Shown one piece after another: positions 1 through 12,913 of a stretch of 64,000 nt of DNA (the stretch's first letter is position 1; the number at the start of each line of letters is the position of its first letter). The notes beneath the pieces were generated by a model. It saw only the letters and a list, made by a program, of their open reading frames with translations. It searched no databases and was not told where the DNA came from. This DNA is from Carcharhinus amblyrhynchos (lineage: Eukaryota): NCBI GenBank assembly GCA_965287045.1, contig OZ336881.1, forward strand, positions 53,630,001 through 53,694,000, read 5' to 3'. Made by a program: the position numbers and the translations under genes.

Positions 1-795
1 CTTCATTGCATCTTCTTTAATCTGGTCTGCTGTATTCACTGCTGCCGATGATATCTAGTCTCCATCAGAGAGACTAAATGTAAACCGGTGATCACTTTGT
101 AGAACATCTTCGGTCCATCTGCAAGCAAAACCCAAACCTTCCTGTTACTCGCTATTTCAGCGCACCACCCTGCTCTCTTGTCCACATGTCCATCTTTGGC
201 CTTTTGCAATGCTCCAGTGAAGCCCAATGTAAACTGGGGGAACAGAACCTCATCTTTCAATTAAACACTTTACAGCCTTCCGGACTGAACATTTTTCAAC
301 AACTACAGATCATGAACTCTCTCCTCCACCTCCATTTATCTTATTGCATTTACTCTTTCATCTTATTCATCCATTATTATTACTTTACATTCTTATTTTT
401 ACACTTCTAAAATCACGCTTTCCATCTTATTTCCCACCCCACCCCCGACCCCACACTCTACTCGGGCTGTCGCATTCCTACCTTCTGCACCTCTGTTCTG
501 CCATTTACACATTACTATTTCTTAACGTTCGCTCTTAGCACCATTCTCAGCCTTTATCATCACCTTTGTCTTTCCCTTTGTCTTTCTGACTATGCCATCC
601 CGATCAATTACAGCTCCCCCCTCACCCTGACAGTATAAATCTTGCCTGATTTTCCTTGTCTTCAGCTCTGAAGTTCATCCTGACTCAAAACGTTGGTTCT
701 AATCTCTCTACAGATGATGTCAGACTTGCTGAGACTTTCCAGCATTTTCTGTTCTTGTTTCAGATTTCAGCATCCGCAATGGTTTGCTTTTATCT
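1..795 (+). mobile_element. Penelope-like retroelement 3' remnant: GIY-YIG endonuclease C-terminus plus pseudo-LTR
   Basis: ORF 186..410 begins SIFGLLQCSSEAQCKLGEQNLIFQLNTLQPSGLN, matching the PLE GIY-YIG tail (E..LIF.L.TL.P.GLN). Upstream DNA is a degenerate version of the LVYCIRC..C..LYIGET....RF.EH region. It is followed by a TATAAA box (~634) and the short pLTR module (ctctctacagatg...ttccagcattttctg...gcatccgcaatggtttgctttt) with a decayed hammerhead core at ~665-702. Confidence 0.8.
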
Positions 796-1264
796 TAGGC
801 TGGTTACCATCGTCTTCAAACCTAAATACCTTGCACCTTCTTCCCAGAAAAAGAATCTAAGCCCCTTTTAATCTCCAGCAATCAAACCACCCAGGTTTGC
901 TGTCAGGCAGTCATCAGGTTACACGGCTTCCTTCATTTTATCTTCAATGAAAGACACAGTCCCAAAACACAACCATCTTCTAAACCATATAAATGTAAAA
1001 GTACCACTGTTAATGTAGTAAGGCTGTAAATTAAGAGCTGCACTAATTCCTCTCATTGTCAGCAAAGGTCTGCTATTACTTCTTCAACTCTCCTTGGTTA
1101 TCCCCTTGCCATAATGATATGCCATTGTCACTTAACTTTTGTTCAGCATAAAGCAATAATCCTTGAATCTCACTGGATTGCTTTAAGGGCATCTCCCGAT
1201 GGATTCAGGATTAATGCTTAAGAAACCTTGACTACCTCTTACTCTTGGGAGTGGACTGACAAGA

Positions 1265-1790
1265 TGGGTGGCTTAAAATTGGGTGTAATGTCACGGGGAG
1301 GATTGGGGGAAGGCAGTCACCTGCTTGTCTCTACTGGAACTTTACCAGTAGTAGGGAAGGTGTGGAAGGCCTGCTTATCCAGTCAGCCATTCAGTGTCCA
1401 ATTAATGTGCACAAAAATTCTTCCCAATGCTTGGTGTATTTTAGCAGGGACAGGGAGTCAACTGGGAGCTTGGTGGAGTCCCTCCAGTTCACGCAGCCTG
1501 TGCCCTTCAGAGTGTCTCTCCAGACAGGAAAGGGCCATCCTCAGTTTTTACACAGCCCCCTCACCTACCCCAGTGAGCTCATCCCACTTACCTGCTTTTC
1601 TGGCCTACACCATGGTTCCCAGGTTGGGAACTGGTCACAGTCCCAGCAGTGCCTTGGGATAGGGGAGTGAAAGCCACTATCTCAGACAACTCATCACCTG
1701 CGACTGTAAAATCGGGTTGCAGCTTCCAGGGTTGGTGAAAATGGGATGGCCAGGCACAGAGGCCACCAACTCAAAGCTATGCTAGTTTTT
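1265..1790. mobile_element. Harbinger-type MITE / non-autonomous element, degenerate
   Basis: GC-richer island resembling the 42518-43161 and 61020-61470 elements; the overlapping ORFs have no protein-like motifs. Confidence 0.45.
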
Positions 1791-1994
1791 ATGATGACTG
1801 AAAAGAAGTGATTAAGTTAGCGTATTCACCTATTAAAAATATAGTTTGTGGGGGTGGGGCCAGTCAGCAGAACTTGTGTGCGTGTTTCTATTCTCTAAGA
1901 GCTCTACCTTTCTCACTCAACAATAGTGTAGGTGGCTATATAACTACTGTTTTCCATTTACCCTGGTTGTTAACTTTCAGTGTTGTATCAGGTA

Positions 1995-2200
1995 GTGTGG
2001 TAAAGCAAAACCATTGAACCGCTGCCATCCTGTGGGTATAGATGGTGATCTGCTGAACTGGGCCAATGATTTATTGAGAAAGTGCAAGAATTGGGTATTA
2101 ATTAATGCACATTCGCTTCATTGCAGCAACTGTAGGAGTTCTTCAAGTAAGCTTATTTTACCATACACTGCACATTTCCATCAAGAACCAAATGTCTGTC
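1995..2200 (+). mobile_element. Old LINE (CR1/L2 group) RT fragment
   Basis: Translation GIDGDLLNWANDLLRKCKNWVLINAHS resembles the RT motif GI.G.LL.W..DFL..R.Q.V.ING.S. Confidence 0.55.
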
Positions 2201-3327
2201 ATCGAAAGTAATGTTTCCTGCAGAGTGGTTAATGTGCCACGTGAGGGAGAAGCTATGGTTTTGTCTCTGCTGGGTGGGAAGGGTGGGGTATAAAACACAA
2301 CTGGATAGTGGTCATATGACTGGTCCAGCACAGAGATGAGCAACTCAATACATCTGTTGAGACATATTGATACTCCACACCCACTGTAAGAGTTGATCAA
2401 TGCTTTCGGTATGAACATTCAATTACATGGCTCAGAAATGCCATTCACACCACTGCAACAAACAAGAGGTTAGATTATCTAGGAAATCTGGAAAGATGAC
2501 AATAATTAGCACAAGCCCAAACCTATTTGTCACTCAGAAAGTTCAACTTTTTAAATTGTATTTCCACCTGTAATCTTGTAACTTTGTTTGCAGGCTGCAA
2601 AGAAAACATTTTCTGGATTCATTATGGTCCAAAGCTACGCTGATAATAATTTACTTTAACCCAGATGGATACTCTCTGGCTGCACAGATGGGAGGAATTA
2701 CCAACGTTTATATTAGACAAGTCCATAGCAGCTCAGCACTACACAATAATCCAAAGTCTGCATAAAATGCCAGCATTGAAGTCTTGGATTGATTTTCCTG
2801 ACAGTGAAGATCTCTTCTTGAGCACTTTCGTAATGTAGACCTCAAGACATTGAACAACTACAAGGGTTGCATTTGTAAAAAGGTGTCCTGGTTACAGCTA
2901 CACACTCAGTCCACTAGCTGCAACTGCAGCATAGTCTAATCCATGACAATGTCATATTGCCGGTTATTCACTGCACCCCAGTGCATCCCACAAATAAAGA
3001 AAATGCTTTCAATCTTTCCTGTTCAACCGCAAGACTGTAAATCAACATTGCCGGATGCCATATTTTCTCTTCTCACTGACATAGAAATCTGTTGTGTCTG
3101 GAATTACTTCTGATCTTTAAACAGATAATTTTTTTTTGCCAATTGTCTGCACATTATTAGTAACTCAATTTCTTAGCAGTGGAATAAGAAAGCAAACAAA
3201 AACAGGGATAGCACTTTGAAGATACTTTGATGATGTAACTTGTGCCTTTCCATGTGGATATAGGTGTTGGCCTTGAGTAAATAGAACACATTTAATATAT
3301 ATATATACATATTATGATCCCAGCTGA

Positions 3328-4101
3328 TGTTACTACTGTACAAGTCAGATCCCAGGATGAACCTGGCTTCATTTGGATTTCTCGATTTCCAAGGATTTCT
3401 CCTTAATTCAATCCAGACGCTTATCACACTGTGAGCCAATTGGTCTCACTGGAACTCTGTCTTACACACCAGGGTTTCCAGTCTCTGCTCTTGAAGATTA
3501 TGCTTCAGATCTCTACACCAACTGGCGTGGTGCATTCAAGCTTCACCCTCGACACACACTCTTAAATACCCAGCTTTGCCAACAGAACAGCACTACGTTA
3601 TAGGCCCGTAATAAGGAGGCACTAGCCTTCTAGTCACCTTGGATCTCTGGCTTTTTGCAAGTCCACTTTGCTTTTTGTCAGCATTTTGTGGCTTCCTCAT
3701 TTTAACTTGGAGTTTCTTCTCTGCTCCCCACTCTTAACTTAACAGGACCTTTTCCAGATTCCTGTTCTTTTCCTTTGACTAGAAAACCTTCTTGAAACCT
3801 CATTCTGTCTCTCTCCCTGGCTGTAGCATCTTTTTGTGTTTGGGGCCTACGATGCGCAATCACCCTTCATGTCTTATAGAGAGAGACAACTGCTCCTTGC
3901 ACCTCAGAGTATAATCACCAACTGAACTTAAACTGCTTTTCACGTATCTGTGATCCTCCGCCACCGCCACCACCCCCACCCCGGTTGCCAGGCAGCAGCA
4001 TAGTTCTCCCCACTTTAAAAGTTGTAAAACTTCATTAAAAAATGCAGGCATCTTTTAAAGCGAAACTAAAACTCCTTAACACACCATTGCAGATACATAA
4101 T
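3328..4101. mobile_element. Putative solo LTR-like repeat
   Basis: Begins TGTTAC and has a pyrimidine-rich interior, architecture like 45269-46365. No clear TSD or coding remnant. Confidence 0.3.
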
Positions 4102-4987
4102 CTTAAATTGAAAGTTATACTTTCTGCTCAATACACAAAAACACATGTATAAATTACTTAAAACTATCTCTATTTCCCAACAATATATATGTAAAAGAAA
4201 AATGGTCACAAATCCATATATTGTATTGGGGATGGAGGATTTAGTAGAGTTAAAGAATAATAGAAAGAGGGTAAAATCAAACAAATCAATCTAATTGTTT
4301 TTGGTTAACCCATTTTCACACATCATACAATCCTGACCTAAATGTGCTCTAAGAAGTTTGTGAAATGTTTGATATTTGCCAGTGCAAGTCATACTTTCTT
4401 AGATGGTGAAATCTAAACAACTGGGTGAAATTCTCACAAACACTCCATACAGCAGTCTTACAAATTCAGTCCTTTTCAGTCAAATTTTGTCCTTTTCAAA
4501 AGATGGTTCCGATGTAGCAACAATTTCATCAAAAGGTTCCTAATTGTCTTTTGCCAAAAGTGCAAGTGATGCCGTATTGTTTGGAGCACTTATAGGCATC
4601 AGTGAAGATGCCTGTAGAAAATGTAGCTATCATTTAAATATTATAATCATGACCTCTTCCTGACTTTCATGACTATGTGCGAATCAAAGTTCTCTCCTTA
4701 TTCTGGTCAGCAGATCATGACAAAACAGGCTAGCTACAGCTTTTAGAAGCAGTATTTAAAGACATTCTTCACTTCACTAAACTGAGTCTCTGGTTAGTCA
4801 TTTTAGGGTCCTAGAATGTTTTGGGCCTAGGGTTTGGCTGCTTTGGATACTATTTGGCTGTTAAATACTTTGGAAGAATGAGGCTGTGGGGCACTTCAAC
4901 TGTTTCAGAGTCTCCATGTTCATAGTTGCTGAAAATGGGCATGCTCGTCCTTTATAATAATATCCTCCTTAAATTTTATCTTACATT

Positions 4988-5124
4988 GGTCGGGATTCTC
5001 CAATGTCGTACAACCTGCCACCGCTGCCAGCGAGAATGGAGAATTTAGCGCTCAGCCAAATCTCCATTCACTGCAGTGGGATTAGAGAATCCCAACTACA
5101 GGCGCGGCCAGAGAATTACAGCCC
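4988..5124. mobile_element. Short palindromic MITE (Harbinger-type)
   Basis: Ends ggtcgggattctcc / gagaattacagccc; same family as 29410-29538 in opposite orientation. Confidence 0.7.
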
Positions 5125-6574
5125 CTCTCTCTTTATTCTCATCAGGCCTGCTGCACATATACAAACATAAATTATATATTTTTAGATAATTTTTTAAAAA
5201 ATCTGGTCCTTTACTGCCTGAGCTACTTTGTCCTTTTTTAGATATGTTTCCAGGAGATTCATGTACCCACATTTATTAAGGAAACCAGTCAAATAGTAAT
5301 TACACCTTGCCATCCCTTTGCTGGGAGAGGGGATGGATGTTTGGATATAATTATACTACGATAATTTCACATCGGCAGCAGCTGTTGTGAGCGTACACAT
5401 AGGAATTAAATAATGGAACACAATGATGGGAAGTCTGCATAGACTCAAATTTCTTAAAACTTACATTTAGCACGTACTTCCTATAAGTACCACACTTGAT
5501 TCCTGTAATATTCCCCATCGCACTCTTCAGACTCACCATGATTAATACCTTGGGAAATTTCCTACTGCTGCACATGGATCTCCTAAAGCCAAATAATTAT
5601 GAGGGGGGAGGCTAAAGTTCAGATTTGTCTGCCCTTGTCCCCAAAGGTAGGGTCAAAGAGGGGCCACAGACCTCCAGCTAGATCCAATGGCTGTAGTATT
5701 CCTCTGAACTCAACATTATTCTTCTAGCCCACGGCTGGCCTGTTCCCACTAGCCCCTGTTTCCACAGCCCCTCCCCATAAATTACTGTCCATTTATTCAT
5801 GTGCAATAGACAGAAAGTTTTGCTCCTGAACAGATAGAGAGCTGCAGCACTTTTCAAACTCAACATCTGCAGCTTGCTGAAAGATATTCAAGAGGGTGCA
5901 CCTGTAAGTGATTTGGGCTTTACAGATGTTGCTTTAGAAAGGCAAAACTGGCAAACTGGTAATATCATGGCTGTTTGGTGCCCAACCTTGAACTCCCTTC
6001 CAAATGCTTCACAGTTGCACGCACAAGTGTCCAACCTAAAAGTGATCAGAGAACTCATTTGCTTGCACTTGCCCACTTCTGGCTATCAAAAAGCATGGTG
6101 GAAGCAGAATAGTAGTTAAAAGTGAGGTGTAAGTGTTTAAAGAAATAAAAAAAAACAGTGGAAAAGGGCTGGGGCATGGGATTAATGGTCTCTTTCTGTG
6201 CTGAAAAAAATTATGATTGATCAGAGAACTCTGCATGATGAGGACAATAAGAACTTAATTGTTTTTGAGACTGCAAATCAAAATGGTAGAGGTAATGTGA
6301 CTTTCTCTTTGAAACACATTGCTGAGTTTGCAGCAGAAATATTTTGGGTGTGCAATTCTGATCTGGAGCAGTAGCACTGTGGAAACAGCAGGACCACCAA
6401 GGGGGCTGTGTAGTGCCCCCAGTTGAATCTGGCAGAACCTCTGTTATGCCCTATGCTCAGAAGGGCATTTGTAATGGCACTCTGCATGTGCTGGAAGCCT
6501 CTAAACATGCTTAGTCCTGCAGGCTGATTTACAAAACCAAATCACATAGATCCATTCGACATATTCTCTGAGGA

Positions 6575-6692
6575 TGAAAGCAAAATACTGTGGATGCTGG
6601 AACCTGAAACAAAAACAGAAAATGCTGACAGCATCTGTGGAGAGAGAATAGAGCTAACGTTTCAATTCTGGATGACCCTTCATCAGAGCTCT
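6575..6692 (-). mobile_element. Penelope-derived short pLTR element
   Basis: Reverse complement of the module at 660-792 (ctctctccacagatgctg...cattttctgtttttgtttcagg..ccagcatccacagtattttgcttt). Confidence 0.8.
6650..6692 (-). ncRNA. Minimal type I hammerhead ribozyme motif (Penelope-type)
   Basis: Minus strand reads AGAGCT-CTGATGA-AGGGTC-ATCCA-GAATT-GAA-ACGT-T-AGCTCT. Stem I (AGAGCT/AGCTCT) is perfect, the CUGAUGA and GAAA cores are intact, stem III is the palindrome ACGT and the cleavage triplet is GUU. Stem II is weakened. Confidence 0.7.
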
Positions 6693-8007
6693 GCTCAGTA
6701 GTGTTGCCCTGTAAGTTCCTTAACAGTAGCAGAATGTCTCTGTGACCTTGCTCTCTGGGTGCATAAAACTATCCTTTTTGCCTTGCCTGGCAGAAGCCCA
6801 CCCAAATCCAGTGTGTCCCACCATGTGCAGAACTCAAATCTATAATAGCCTCCATTAACAGGTATCTGCACTGTTGGCCATGAATGTCAGATTAAGTGAT
6901 CTGGCCTCTTCATAACTGGCATGGTATTGCTTTCTCAGCACTCTCCTGCTGGATGTGGTGTGGCTGGACAGTTCTTTGGTGCCTGAAAGGATGAAAGCAG
7001 AAAAGAAGTTGGGATGAGAAAGAACACAGGATATCCAAAGCCACACTATCTGCAGCTGGCACATCAGGCAAGATGAGGATGAGCTGCAAGCTGAGAAGGA
7101 AAATATGCCAGGAAGATATCATATTCAATGTTCTCAATAATGCAAGATGCCAGGAATTCTGTTGCAGTCAGCCTCCTAATGCGGAGAACCACTTCCTTTG
7201 TGGGCTCATGAGATTCAGGCATTCTTGCCCCTGACTGATTCTGCTCTGCTTCCTTCTATAATGTGCCACCCTGTATTGCAATAAAGAGTGCATAAAGTCA
7301 GTCATTGTTTTGTTTTGTTTTGCATTTGATGATCTACCTGCCATAGTCGAATAGCAGTCTGTCTGGAAGCAGCAGGATCTGGATGAGAGGTTGGCATCAT
7401 TTGAATATGTGTGATGGTGAAGTATTTGAGTAACAGGGGAGATGTGAATCCTCATAGCCAGAGACTGCCAATGGGTGAGTGAAGAGGCTGTGGTGCATTG
7501 AGCAGTGTGAGATGTTGATGGTGTAGTTGGTAGATTTAGGCTGGAATTTTCCAGCCATTAATACCAGCAGGATTTAGTCACTGACCTTGACTATCCATAT
7601 GAGATCATTAGACTTCTTATGCTGCTAGGTTCTCGAGGTCAATTCATCAGGAATTGATCTCCTGGACCATCTGGTTCCTTTCTGCGGTTGGTCCTCAAGG
7701 GGCTCCTGTGCCTTGGTGGAACAGTTAAGTCTATTTATGTGCATCTCCAGTGCCACATCACAGAATGCCTTGGCAGTCCATATTCCTTCTTCAAAATTGC
7801 AACAATAGCATTCAGCAGCAGCCTCCTAAAATTCAGTGCAACTCTCCTTTAAGAGGGATGGATGGTCGTTAAGAACAGCAGGTTGGGTACACCATGCACG
7901 ATCAATGCATGCTACTCAACTCTATGCTGAGCACTCAGGCAACCAACAGCACAGGTTATGACTGGACCAGTGCTACAATCAGGTAAATGAAAAGGCGCAT
8001 CACGTCA

Positions 8008-8755
8008 TGAGATAGAGAATCTGATGAACTGGTGCGGCAATAATAATCTCTCCTCAATGCCAACAAAACAAATTGTCATCAACTTTTGGAAGCGTAAAGG
8101 AGAACATGCCCCTGTCTACATCAACAGGGATTTCAAGTTTTTAGGTGTCCAGATCAACCTGTCCTGGTCCCCCCATGCGACACTATAGTTAAGAAAGCCC
8201 ACCAACGCCTCTACTTTCTTAGAAGACTAAGGAAATTTGGCATGTCAGCTACGGCTCTCACCAACCTTTACAGATGCATCATGGGAAGCATTCTTTCTGG
8301 TTGTATCATAGCTTGGTATGCTCCTGCTCTGCCCGAGACCGCAAGAGACATCAAAAGGTCTGAATATAGCCCAATCCATCACGTAAACCAGCCTCCCGTC
8401 CATAGGCTCTGTCTACACTTCCTGCTGCCGCAGCAAAGCAGTCAGCATGATTAAGAATCCCATGCGCCCCAAACATTCTCTCTTTCACCTTCTTCTGCTG
8501 GAAAAAAGGTACAGAAGTCTGAGGTCACGTACCAACTGACTCAAGAACAGCTTCATCCCTGCCGCTGTCAGACTTTTGAATGGACTTACCTTGCATTAAG
8601 TTGATCTTTCTCTACAACCTATCTGTGGCTATAATGTGACATTCTCCGCTCTTTTGTTTCCTTCTCTGTATGGTATGCTTTGTCCATATAGCAGGCAAGA
8701 AACAATATTTTTCAATGTATGCTAATACATGTGATAATAATAAATCAAATCAAAT
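8008..8755 (+). mobile_element. Rex1/Babar-like LINE, 5'-truncated
   Basis: Degenerate RT C-terminus (FKFLGVQI..LSW..H...IVKKAHQRLYFLRRLRKFGMSATALTNLYRCIMGSILSGCIIAWY) and a 3' tail aataataaatcaaatcaaat. Confidence 0.8.
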
Positions 8756-9100
8756 GTCCATGTGAATCACAACTTTTATGGTCAATAATTGGCACAGACC
8801 AATTTCTAACCTTTTTCTTGACAGAATAATTAAAACACTCAGGGAAGGAGCTCTGTACTTTCCAAATAATGTTTATTTTTCTCTAAAAATAGATTGCTGG
8901 GAAAAGATTGTGGCCCATCCAATTACTGGAATGTGTCTTGAAAAAGCCATTCATAAAGTGTGATATGACAGACAAGTACCACCTTTTAGTGAGTAAATAT
9001 CTTCTGCTCTAAACACTGCCAAATTCCAGACCTTCATAAAGAAAACTAGGAGTGAAGGAGAATGAGGAGATATAATGGACGAGATTCTCCAGCCTCCCAG

Positions 9101-9419
9101 CTGATGCATAACAGTTATCTACTTGAAAATATAATGGCTGGGATTCTCTAGCTGTTTGCACTGGCAGGATTCTCTGGTCCCACTGGCAGCGGACCCCTAC
9201 CTACATGTTTCCCACCGGCAGGAGGTGGCATGTTGTTTGCTAGCGGCAGGATTCTTTGCCCTACCACTGTTAATGGGAATTCTCATTGATGTCACGCCAC
9301 GCTGGCAGTAAACCCGCAGGCAGGGCTGCGCTGCCGGCAGAACCAGAGAATCCTGCCGGTGCAAACAGCTGGAGAATTCCAGCCATTATATTTTAAAGTA
9401 GATAATTGTTATGTGTCAG
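9101..9419. repeat. Long inverted repeat: palindromic MITE (9136-9384) plus inverted flanking DNA
   Basis: 9101-9178 is the near reverse complement of 9342-9419; MITE ends ggctgggattctc / gagaattccagcc. Confidence 0.85.
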
Positions 9420-11601
9420 TTAGCAAAAAGCAGAAATAAAGTGTAGCAAATAACTGCTTTTTCTAATTTGAGCTTTCACTTGCATTTCCAGTGGGCACTA
9501 AAACATAGCAGATATTTGCTTGCATGAATTGATTTATATCAATTTTCTGAAGGCAGGCAATATCGTGGCCCACTACCTGCATGGCCACCTTGATGCTCTT
9601 CATTAATGTCAACAGAAGCAGTGATAGATTAACACATTTCTCACATAATGGGCACAATATATATAAAAAATGTGTGCTCCAGAAAGTTCAAAATATCTCA
9701 GAAGACCTGTAATTATTTGACATTCAAATTTATAATATCGGAATATCTTTATTATGAAACTGTCTAAAAATTTAGCCTTCAGGTATTATACCAAATATAT
9801 TATTAGCGAGACCCTCTTGATAATATCATTAACAGAGTTTGCAGATGAGAGTTTATTAAGCAAATGATTTCATTAGGCAAATTGATTTTTTTACTGAAAA
9901 AAGTCTTTTAAGAATTTACTTCATTAATGACAAAATATGTCAATTCGTCATTATATATGCCACATTTTGCCTCTTTTCTCATTGGTTCGTAATTCACTGA
10001 ATTTTATCTAACCAAATACAACTGAAACATTATGGAACAAAACAATGTGAAAATCTGTGCAGTTAATAAACTTAGATTTTTTACAGTGGTGTGTCAAGAG
10101 AAGAGTGCCCTCTGATCTTTAATTGGTCAGGTTTAGAGGTGCATTGGTATAAAATTATGAATAGCAGCAGTCTTTTAAACCTTCTCCCACCGATTTATTT
10201 GTTGCTTACTCTAAAGCATCATTTATAAATAGTTCTCGAGCATGTCAAAAGAGGCGGCCAACAAGATTACACTGAGATAAAAATACAAAAAAAAACTTTA
10301 GGCTACATTGCCTAAAACCTTGACTTATGATGCACTGTTTACAGTGACTGAACACCGCAGTGCCAAATAGGATAACATTTAATACAAGGCAAAGGTAACT
10401 TGTCCTCCTTTTGTAAGGAATTGCAAACAAAAGTATGTCAGCATATCAAGCTTAGTTAAAGGTTTCCCCTGGTAAAAAGCTGCTCACAAGTAGCCCCAGA
10501 TGCAAGCTTATGCTTGGGAGACAAACAGATGTGACTATGGTTGCTGGGGTTTGGCATTAACACTCATTGTCAATATGGAATATATACACTTGGACAGGGC
10601 ATCAGCTGCACAATAGCAAAACAGCCCTTGGAATGTCAAAACAGCACCAAAGTTGTGAGAGAGGAAAAGATCCATGACAACCAGTTTGCTGTTAGAATTA
10701 AAAAGTCAGCCAGGATCACGGTCTATCACAAGATGAAAAAAAAATGTACAGTTAACTTAAAATGCACATCCTGCACGGACTGATGAAACCACAGCACAGC
10801 AGACTAGGTATCATACCATTCTTTTAAAATAATTTAGCTATTTTAGGGAGTTTTATTATTAACACATCATTGATAAAATAACTATTCAAAGTCATTACGT
10901 CTATGGCGTAAATCACTGCACACACCTGGTTAATTGAAACAGACTACTGCATTTATTGTTATACATCGATGAGCTTGTATCTTCAGCATATCCAACCTTA
11001 AAGATAATTGGCATAAGTTTAAAATTAAATAGTACTTTTATCAATTATTTAGCAGATAATTATATTTATGAAATGTATTTGGAATATCCCAATTGAGAAT
11101 TGTCAGGCTATAATCACTTGTATAATCTTGCTCAAAAGTATTATTTTTTTCCTGAAATAACCTTGATAATCAGAACCAGAAAGCAAGGCAGCAGGCATCA
11201 AAATGCAAAATGAAACGGTGATTTTTAAAACTATCGACTGCAAACATTTGAGTAGCTTGGAGTTAGATTTAATTGAATGCATTAAAAGTCTAATATGTCA
11301 ATGAGATATAAATGTATGAAATTTGAAGAGGTAGTACACAAATTAACATATGTAATAAAGTCAATGTAGTTAAGTACTAAAATTATCGAGCAACTTGGAA
11401 GAGAGGAGATAAATAATTTTTACTTCGCATTTGAGTTGATACTTAACTGTGGTATTAACATACCAGTAGTCTAAACTGACGTCACAAATTTGCTTCAGCT
11501 AGCTATTTATAACCTGAAAAAGAGTGGTGAATATGCAGAGCCAAGATGGAATATTGCACATAAATCATTATGTTGTACACAAAGTTGACAGTTACTATAT
11601 T

Positions 11602-11860
11602 CGGTGGGATTCTCTAGCCATGCGCATCCCAAGACTGGAAATTCCTGCCTGAGCTCAATGGAGCTTTGAAAGGTCCGCTGAATTTTCCATCTCACTCACT
11701 GCAATTCCAGTGACAGGTGAGATGGGAAAATTTTGGCCATTGTCTGGAATTTTACTGTCCCGCCCATGACGGGAATCGGAGCAGGCGAGGGATGGGCAAT
11801 GGGAAGGTCTGTCAGGATTTTATGATTTTGGGATGAGTGAGGCTGTAAAAGCCTGCCCTT
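11602..11860. mobile_element. Two abutting short MITEs in opposite orientation
   Basis: 11602-11738 (gtgggattctctagcc...gggaaaattttggcc) and 11741-11859 (gtctggaattttac...gtaaaagcctgccc); both resemble 28526-28652. Confidence 0.7.
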
Positions 11861-12913
11861 TGTTTCTCCTTGCCATCTAAAAACATGAAGTGTATAATAT
11901 AGCAGAGCTGGAACGAATTAGGTTTAAGTAGATGAGCGGATATTTTGGATCCAAAGAGAGTAAGCTTTACAAAAGGTAACCTTTGCAGCAAACAAATATT
12001 GTAATGCATGAAAATAATTTTTAAAATTATTGTGGTAATAGGTAAATAGGTTTGAAACAGAACACACACTTGGCCCTTGAAATTATGCCATGGGGTAATA
12101 ATGAACAAGCCCCTTTTGCTTTCATCTGACATTCCTTTTCTGCTATTTAAGAGGAGTCGTTAACACAATTAAAATAAATAAGTTAGCATCTCATCCAAGA
12201 TAGGACAGAGCAATTCCAGATAAATAGGTTAAATATTCATATGTTATTATTCCACAACATAATCACAAGGTATTAAGGTTTTATTGCTACATAATGTCCC
12301 ATACAGTTCTTGGCCTGTTTCACATGACACAGATTTCCTGAAGATTTCCAGTTGTATTGCACTTGTTTTGAGGTTTCTGCAAACACACTGGTGAAACTCA
12401 TTTAGCATGCATTCTCAATTGGACATGAGCTCTGTTCTCAAATCCTTTGTGCGTCTAACTGTTACTGTCATCTGAGAATGAACTGGAACAACCAATTCTG
12501 AAACACAGTCTCTTTTATATTTGAGTAAACATATGAACTTTTGATATGCTCTCAGTTCAAAAAGGATCTTCCTGCAAAAGTGAACCTTAATTGTCTCAGT
12601 TGACAGCTGCCAAATCAGAGCTTTTCCAGCCTCTGAATAAGCTAAGCCTCAAAACACTATGACCATAAGAAGTTAAATGAGAAAAACCTTTTCATATGGT
12701 GTACTCTTACAATGTGAAAGTATTGTTAGTAATACGTAAAATTAAAACAGCTATTGATAATCTGTACTTACAAAGCAGAAATCTGATTTGCTACAAAAAG
12801 TACATCAACCATGAATCCTTGAGTGTTCACCCATGTACCAGAGGTTCAGCATTGGAGTAACTGCGGATGTTGAATGAAGTAAAATATCTGGACTAAAATT
12901 TCAAAAACATAAT

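Larger units (their letters stand above)
6300..7990 (-). mobile_element. Decayed PIF/Harbinger element carrying remnants of the Myb/SANT DNA-binding gene
   Basis: Minus strand reads FCDVALEMHI (~7740-7770; like PRFSD.ALE.L) and RVAHYRRKQSRISQGQECLNLMSP (7170-7275; like K.AHNRRE...TGGG...). Interrupted by the 6575-6692 element and a MITE end at ~7538. Confidence 0.55.

Noticed and set aside
1228-1670. Overlapping 144-aa and 102-aa ORFs
   Set aside because: They lie in a GC-richer MITE-like repeat, start at non-ATG codons and show no protein motifs
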